Assembly: GCA_039683415.1 (NCBI GenBank)
Contig: JBDKRL010000010.1
Span: 1-61,717 of the forward strand
DNA: 61,717 bases
Reading direction: 5' to 3'
DNA from: Clostridiaceae bacterium
Lineage (GTDB): Bacteria > Bacillota > Clostridia > Christensenellales > CAG-138
Under the pieces are notes generated by a model. That model was given only the letters and a program-made list of their open reading frames with translations, did no database searches and was not told the origin of the DNA. This document shows, piece by piece, positions 57,718 through 61,717 of this stretch (position 1 is its first letter; each line of letters starts with the position of its first letter). A program made the translations under genes and the position numbers.

Positions 57718-58788
57718 GTGGATAAGCGAACGACCATAACGGATATTGCCAGACTTGCCGGTGTTTCCATCGGCACGGTGCACTGCGCGCTCAGCGGCAA
57801 AACCGGTGTGAGCGAGGAAACGCGCCGCAAGATTGCCGAACTGGCAAAACAGATGGACTATCGCCCCAATGCCGTTGCGGCGTCGCTCAAACGAAGAACC
57901 ATCCGCATCGCGGCGGCGTTCCCCGGACCTACGGAGGAAAGCCGCTATTACTATACGTTCATCTGGCAGGGACTGCGGGACAGCATCCGCTCCCGCAGCG
58001 ACTATAATGTCAGCCTCGTGGAAGTCCCGTTTTATATGGGGCCGAACAGCCAGGGCAACGAGCTTGCCACTTTACTGGAAACGGAACAGATCGACGGACT
58101 GATCACCACCGGCTATACGGATTTGCGCGGAATGACCGCGATACAGGGTTTCCAGCAAAAGGGCGTGCCGGTTGTGCTGGTTGGGGACGATATTCCAAAG
58201 AGCGGGCGGCTCTTCTGCGTGCAGCCGGACTATCAGATCATCGGGCGGACGATTGCCGAGCTGATTACCCGGCAAATCCCGGCAAACGGCGGCATACTCG
58301 TTGCGGCAGGGGACGTGATGGTGCCGTCCCATTACCTCACGCTGCAGGGGTTCGACGCTTATTTACTGGAAAAGGGATACCACAACCCCGTTTACAAGGT
58401 GCACGAAAGCGGCGAGCAGAAAATGACGTACGAACATTTGCTGCGTGAGCTTTGCGGGCACGGCGAACTCTGCGCCTGCTGGTCGGTGAACGCTCGCAAC
58501 AGTGTCCTTCTGGGGCGCGCGTTGGCGGAGTCCGGGCGTGCAGGCAAGCTCACGGCGATTGGCAGCGATCTGTTTATGGAAAACGTGCAGTATCTCAAGG
58601 ACGGCGTTTTTACGAACCTTCTCTACAAAAACCCTTATGCGCAAGCCTATACCGCGGCCAAACACCTCTCGGAGTACCTCATCAAGGACGAGCGTCCGCC
58701 ACAGGACGTGATTTATATGGGAAGCGAAATCATATTTCAAAGCAGTTTGCCGATGTACGACAACGGCTTGTTTCGGCAGCTGCGCTGA
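57718..58788 (+). CDS. LacI-family transcriptional regulator
   Basis: N-terminal TITDIARLAGVSIGTVHCALSG HTH and a periplasmic-binding-fold C-terminus. GTG start at 57718; no in-frame ATG nearby. Confidence 0.8.
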   Translation: MDKRTTITDIARLAGVSIGTVHCALSGKTGVSEETRRKIAELAKQMDYRPNAVAASLKRRTIRIAAAFPGPTEESRYYYTFIWQGLRDSIRSRSDYNVSLVEVPFYMGPNSQGNELATLLETEQIDGLITTGYTDLRGMTAIQGFQQKGVPVVLVGDDIPKSGRLFCVQPDYQIIGRTIAELITRQIPANGGILVAAGDVMVPSHYLTLQGFDAYLLEKGYHNPVYKVHESGEQKMTYEHLLRELCGHGELCACWSVNARNSVLLGRALAESGRAGKLTAIGSDLFMENVQYLKDGVFTNLLYKNPYAQAYTAAKHLSEYLIKDERPPQDVIYMGSEIIFQSSLPMYDNGLFRQLR

Positions 58789-58851
58789 GCGCAGGCGGCG
58801 CAAGGCGAGGAGCCCGTATACGAATAAACAACGGATCAGAGGAGAAAATTC

Positions 58852-60252
58852 ATGAAATGCGCGTTCAGCGAAGACCTGTTCTTCACCAACAAAACCGGCA
58901 GGCACCTGTATGAAACCTACGCCAAAGACATGCCCATTATCGACTTCCACTGCCATCTGCTGCCGCAGGAAATCTACGAAAACAAGCAGTTTACCGACCT
59001 TGGCGAGATGTGGCTGGCGCACGATCACTATAAATGGCGCGCCATGCGCACGTTCGGCATCGACGAAAGGCTGATCACCGGCGACGCGAGCTTCTACGAT
59101 AAATTCATGGCGTTTGCGCGGATCATGCCGGAACTGATCGGCAACCCTCTCTATATCTGGTGCGCGCTCGAACTCAAGCGGTTTTTCGATATTGGCGAGC
59201 CACTGAGCGGGGAAAACGCCGCAGCGATTTATCAAAAGACGAAAGCGCTCATCGCCGAGAGAAACATGTGCCCCCGCTGGTGTATGGAACACTCGAAAGT
59301 GGAAGTGGTTTGCACGACCGAGGACCCAACCGACGATCTGCGTTATCACCACCTGCTGAAAGAGGATCGCTCCTTTGGCGTAAAGGTGATTTCCGCATTC
59401 CGGCCGGACAAGGCGATGAACTGCGAAAAGGCGCCGTTTGCGGGATACATTGGCAATTTGGAAGACGCCGCCGGTGAAAAAATCGGTTCGTTTGAAGAGC
59501 TGATCGCGACGCTGGAGAAGCGCTTGCAGGTATTCAAAAGTCTTGGCTCGATGATCAGCGACGCGGGGCTGGATAACTTTATCTGGCGCGAAGCGACGCC
59601 GGGTGAGCTGAACGCGATTCTGAAAAAAGCGCGCCGGGGCGATGAACTGACCCGGACGCAGGTCGACCAGTTCCGAAGCGCATTTTTGCTGCACATGGGC
59701 AGGGTTTATGCGCGAAACGGGTTTGTTATGCAGATCCATATCGGCGCGTACCGCAACGCAAACGGGGACATGGCCGCAAAGCTCGGCCCGGATACGGGGT
59801 ACGACTGCGCGGACAGCGCAAGCGATGTGCGCAGCATGGCCGCCTTGCTGGACACGCTGAACCGGGAAGGGAATCTGCCGAAGGTGATCCTGTATCCGCT
59901 GAACGCTTCGGATGTGGAGCCTTACGCGATTCTGGCGGCGGCGTTCTGCAAAGGACCCATCCGCGGCGCCGTTCAGCTTGGCGCGCCCTGGTGGTTCAAC
60001 GACCAGGCGCACGGCATTCAGCGCCAGTTTGAGGCGGTGGCCAACCTCTACCCCGTGGCGTTGTCCGTCGGGATGCTGACCGACAGCCGCAGCTTTTTGA
60101 GCTATCCGCGGCACGAGCTGTACCGCCGTGTGTTCTGTAATTATCTGGGCGGACTGATTGAACGCGGCGAGTATTTTTCCGAAGAGAAGCACTTAAAAAC
60201 CATCATTGAAAACGTGTGCTATGGCAACGCAAAGGAATATTTCGGCTTGTAA
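58852..60252 (+). CDS. uxaC: Glucuronate (uronate) isomerase
   Basis: MKCAFSEDLFFTNKTGRHLYETYAKDMPIIDFHCHLLPQEI... is a classic UxaC N-terminus, conserved throughout. Confidence 0.9.
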   Translation: MKCAFSEDLFFTNKTGRHLYETYAKDMPIIDFHCHLLPQEIYENKQFTDLGEMWLAHDHYKWRAMRTFGIDERLITGDASFYDKFMAFARIMPELIGNPLYIWCALELKRFFDIGEPLSGENAAAIYQKTKALIAERNMCPRWCMEHSKVEVVCTTEDPTDDLRYHHLLKEDRSFGVKVISAFRPDKAMNCEKAPFAGYIGNLEDAAGEKIGSFEELIATLEKRLQVFKSLGSMISDAGLDNFIWREATPGELNAILKKARRGDELTRTQVDQFRSAFLLHMGRVYARNGFVMQIHIGAYRNANGDMAAKLGPDTGYDCADSASDVRSMAALLDTLNREGNLPKVILYPLNASDVEPYAILAAAFCKGPIRGAVQLGAPWWFNDQAHGIQRQFEAVANLYPVALSVGMLTDSRSFLSYPRHELYRRVFCNYLGGLIERGEYFSEEKHLKTIIENVCYGNAKEYFGL

Positions 60253-60325
60253 CACCGATTGGTTTCGAAACACAGCGGGCTGGCAAACCGCCGACCCGCA
60301 AAAAAGGACTTAAAGGAGATCAAAC

Positions 60326-61717
60326 ATGCAAACATACCCCAAATCGACGCATACCTGCGGATCGAGCGCCGTTTCCATGGTTCGCGGAGAAGACGCGGAC
60401 TTTCTGAGCGTTTCCGGTTCGAACCCCGGATTTTTAGGCGAAACAAAGAACGGCGCGTTTCTTGCTCCGCTGACGCATGAAAACGCCGTCCTCCTGCGCA
60501 AACTGTTTCCGTTCACCGCGCCAAAACCGGTGCTGAGTCAACAGCGTACCTTTGGTGTAGGCGACCGCCTCGGCATCGCAACGCCCGGACATCTCCGTGT
60601 TTTTGAGCAGTACGACGCGCTTCCCATCCTTGCCCAGCAGTCCATACGCGAGCTGAATCTGACAAAACGCACGTTTGCCGATGTGCTGGACAGCGTGACG
60701 TTCGCCGTTTTTCGCGAGGATTTCCAGCGTGGTTTCGGCGCGGACGGGGATCATTTAAAGACGGATACGGAAGTGGAATACGCGCTTTCGAACGGATACA
60801 CCATGATTACGCTGGACTGCAGCGAGCATATCCGCAACGATATCGAAGCGATGACAAACGAGCAGGTCGACGCCGCGTACCGCGCGAACGCTGAGTGGGA
60901 GAAGATCTACTGCAGCAAAACGTTTGCCGTTGAAGATCAGCAGGTGACATTCGGTGAGCAGGAATTCCGCCGCGCGTGCCTGATTTACGCCGCCGCGCTG
61001 GATCACGCCGTGCATATCTACGAAACCTACATCAAAGGCAATGCCGTCGATTTCGAAATCTCCATCGACGAAACGATGACGCCGACCACGCCCGCGCAGC
61101 ACTATTTTGTTGCGAGCGAACTGCTCCGCCGTGGGGTAAAATTCGCCACGATTGCGCCTCGCTTCTGCGGCGAGTTCCAAAAGGGCATCGACTATATCGG
61201 CAATCTTGCGCAGTTTGAAGCGGAAATGCGCGTCCATGCGGCAATCGCGCGTAAGTTTGGCTACAAGCTCTCGATTCACTCCGGATCGGACAAGTTCTCC
61301 GTATTTTCCATCATCGGTAGACTGACCAATGGCAACTTCCATGTCAAGACCGCCGGGACGAACTGGCTGGAAGCCATGCGCGTGGTCGCCATGACGGAGC
61401 CTGCCCTGTACCGTGAAGTCCATGCGTTTGCGCTCAGCGTGTTTCACGAAGCGACGAAATACTATCACGTAACAACGGATCTCGGCAAAATCCCCGCGCT
61501 TGACTCGCTTTCGGACGCGCAGCTGCCTTCGCTGTTTAACCAGAACGACGCACGCCAGCTGATCCATATTACCTATGGCCTGATTCTGAACGCGCAGGAC
61601 GGCAACGGCGAATACCGCTTTAAAACACGCCTGTACCACTGCTGGCGCGAGAACGACACGCTCTATTATGACCGTTTAGAAGCGCATATCGGCAGGCATC
61701 TGGCACTGCTGTATGGC
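60326..61717 (+). CDS. uxaE: Tagaturonate/fructuronate epimerase-like protein (UxaE family), 3' end beyond the window
   Basis: Open frame from ATG 60326 (TAAAGGAGAT RBS) to the window end with no stop; it is absent from the ORF track because it is unterminated. Genomic context with uxaC. Confidence 0.55.
   Translation, partial: MQTYPKSTHTCGSSAVSMVRGEDADFLSVSGSNPGFLGETKNGAFLAPLTHENAVLLRKLFPFTAPKPVLSQQRTFGVGDRLGIATPGHLRVFEQYDALPILAQQSIRELNLTKRTFADVLDSVTFAVFREDFQRGFGADGDHLKTDTEVEYALSNGYTMITLDCSEHIRNDIEAMTNEQVDAAYRANAEWEKIYCSKTFAVEDQQVTFGEQEFRRACLIYAAALDHAVHIYETYIKGNAVDFEISIDETMTPTTPAQHYFVASELLRRGVKFATIAPRFCGEFQKGIDYIGNLAQFEAEMRVHAAIARKFGYKLSIHSGSDKFSVFSIIGRLTNGNFHVKTAGTNWLEAMRVVAMTEPALYREVHAFALSVFHEATKYYHVTTDLGKIPALDSLSDAQLPSLFNQNDARQLIHITYGLILNAQDGNGEYRFKTRLYHCWRENDTLYYDRLEAHIGRHLALLYG

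Noticed and set aside
58363-60192. 609-aa minus-strand ORF
   Set aside because: Fully antisense to the unmistakable uxaC coding sequence. Arg/Ala-rich low-complexity translation.
60755-61639. 294-aa minus-strand ORF
   Set aside because: Antisense to the open UxaE-like frame, which runs without a stop from 60326 to the window end and has an RBS.

Overview
This 61.7-kb window is high-GC bacterial chromosome. The GGAGG-type RBSs, lipoboxes, YesM/YesN-type two-component system and UxaE-type hexuronate pathway suggest a Clostridia-like Firmicute, but that is inference. No rRNA, tRNA or CRISPR was seen. The contents, left to right, are as follows.

- **1-6.5 kb:** an AraC-HTH gene remnant, two tandem GH3 beta-glucosidases and a GtrA-like membrane protein. 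The first GH3 has a permuted domain order and a polybasic tail plus TM anchor.
- **6.8-19.6 kb:** a sugar utilisation locus. The minus strand carries a fucose-isomerase-like gene, an FGGY kinase and a ceramidase-like gene. The plus strand carries a sugar ABC transporter and a YesM/YesN-type two-component system, followed by a mutarotase-like gene.
- **20-24.5 kb:** accessory genes: an alpha/beta hydrolase interrupted by an early in-frame stop, an NTF2-like protein, an SDR, membrane proteins, and a possible regulator with a C-terminal sigma-70 region-4-like HTH (the only basis for 'sigma-like' in finding 7).
- **~24.5-44.3 kb:** an approximately 20-kb island bounded on the right by a decayed tyrosine integrase.
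  - First operon (24.8-29.2 kb): a winged-helix regulator, a soluble TraG/VirD4-like ATPase, a TPR protein and a hypothetical protein, closed by a terminator.
  - Second operon (29.6-43.8 kb): one tightly packed 14-gene plus-strand operon, which is the main candidate for a previously undescribed system. It encodes, in order: a ubiquitin-like protein; a proline-rich membrane zinc-finger protein; an E1-like ThiF-family enzyme; an E2-like protein; a JAB/JAMM peptidase; a transglutaminase-like Cys protease; an SPFH protein with a zinc ribbon; a repeat-tailed membrane protein; a zinc-ribbon membrane protein; a HerA/DUF87 ATPase translationally coupled to an HNH-type nuclease with a 141-bp tandem repeat; a canonical ClpP paralog; a degenerate AAA+-like protein; and a second TraG/VirD4-like ATPase. 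A short PPPLP motif recurs in five of these proteins.
- **44.5-54.9 kb:** an SDR, a Rieske oxygenase, a DUF362 Fe-S protein, a lipid synthesis gene, tandem DedA/TVP38 paralogs, a rhodanese lipoprotein, a DUF47 protein and a HAD hydrolase.
- **55.4-61.7 kb:** hexuronate catabolism: an enolase-superfamily ManD-like dehydratase, a GntR regulator, a LacI regulator with duplicated AAAACGTTTT operators, UxaC, and a 3'-truncated UxaE-like epimerase.

An approximately 115-nt intergenic element occurs twice, at 19.8 kb and 55.2 kb.
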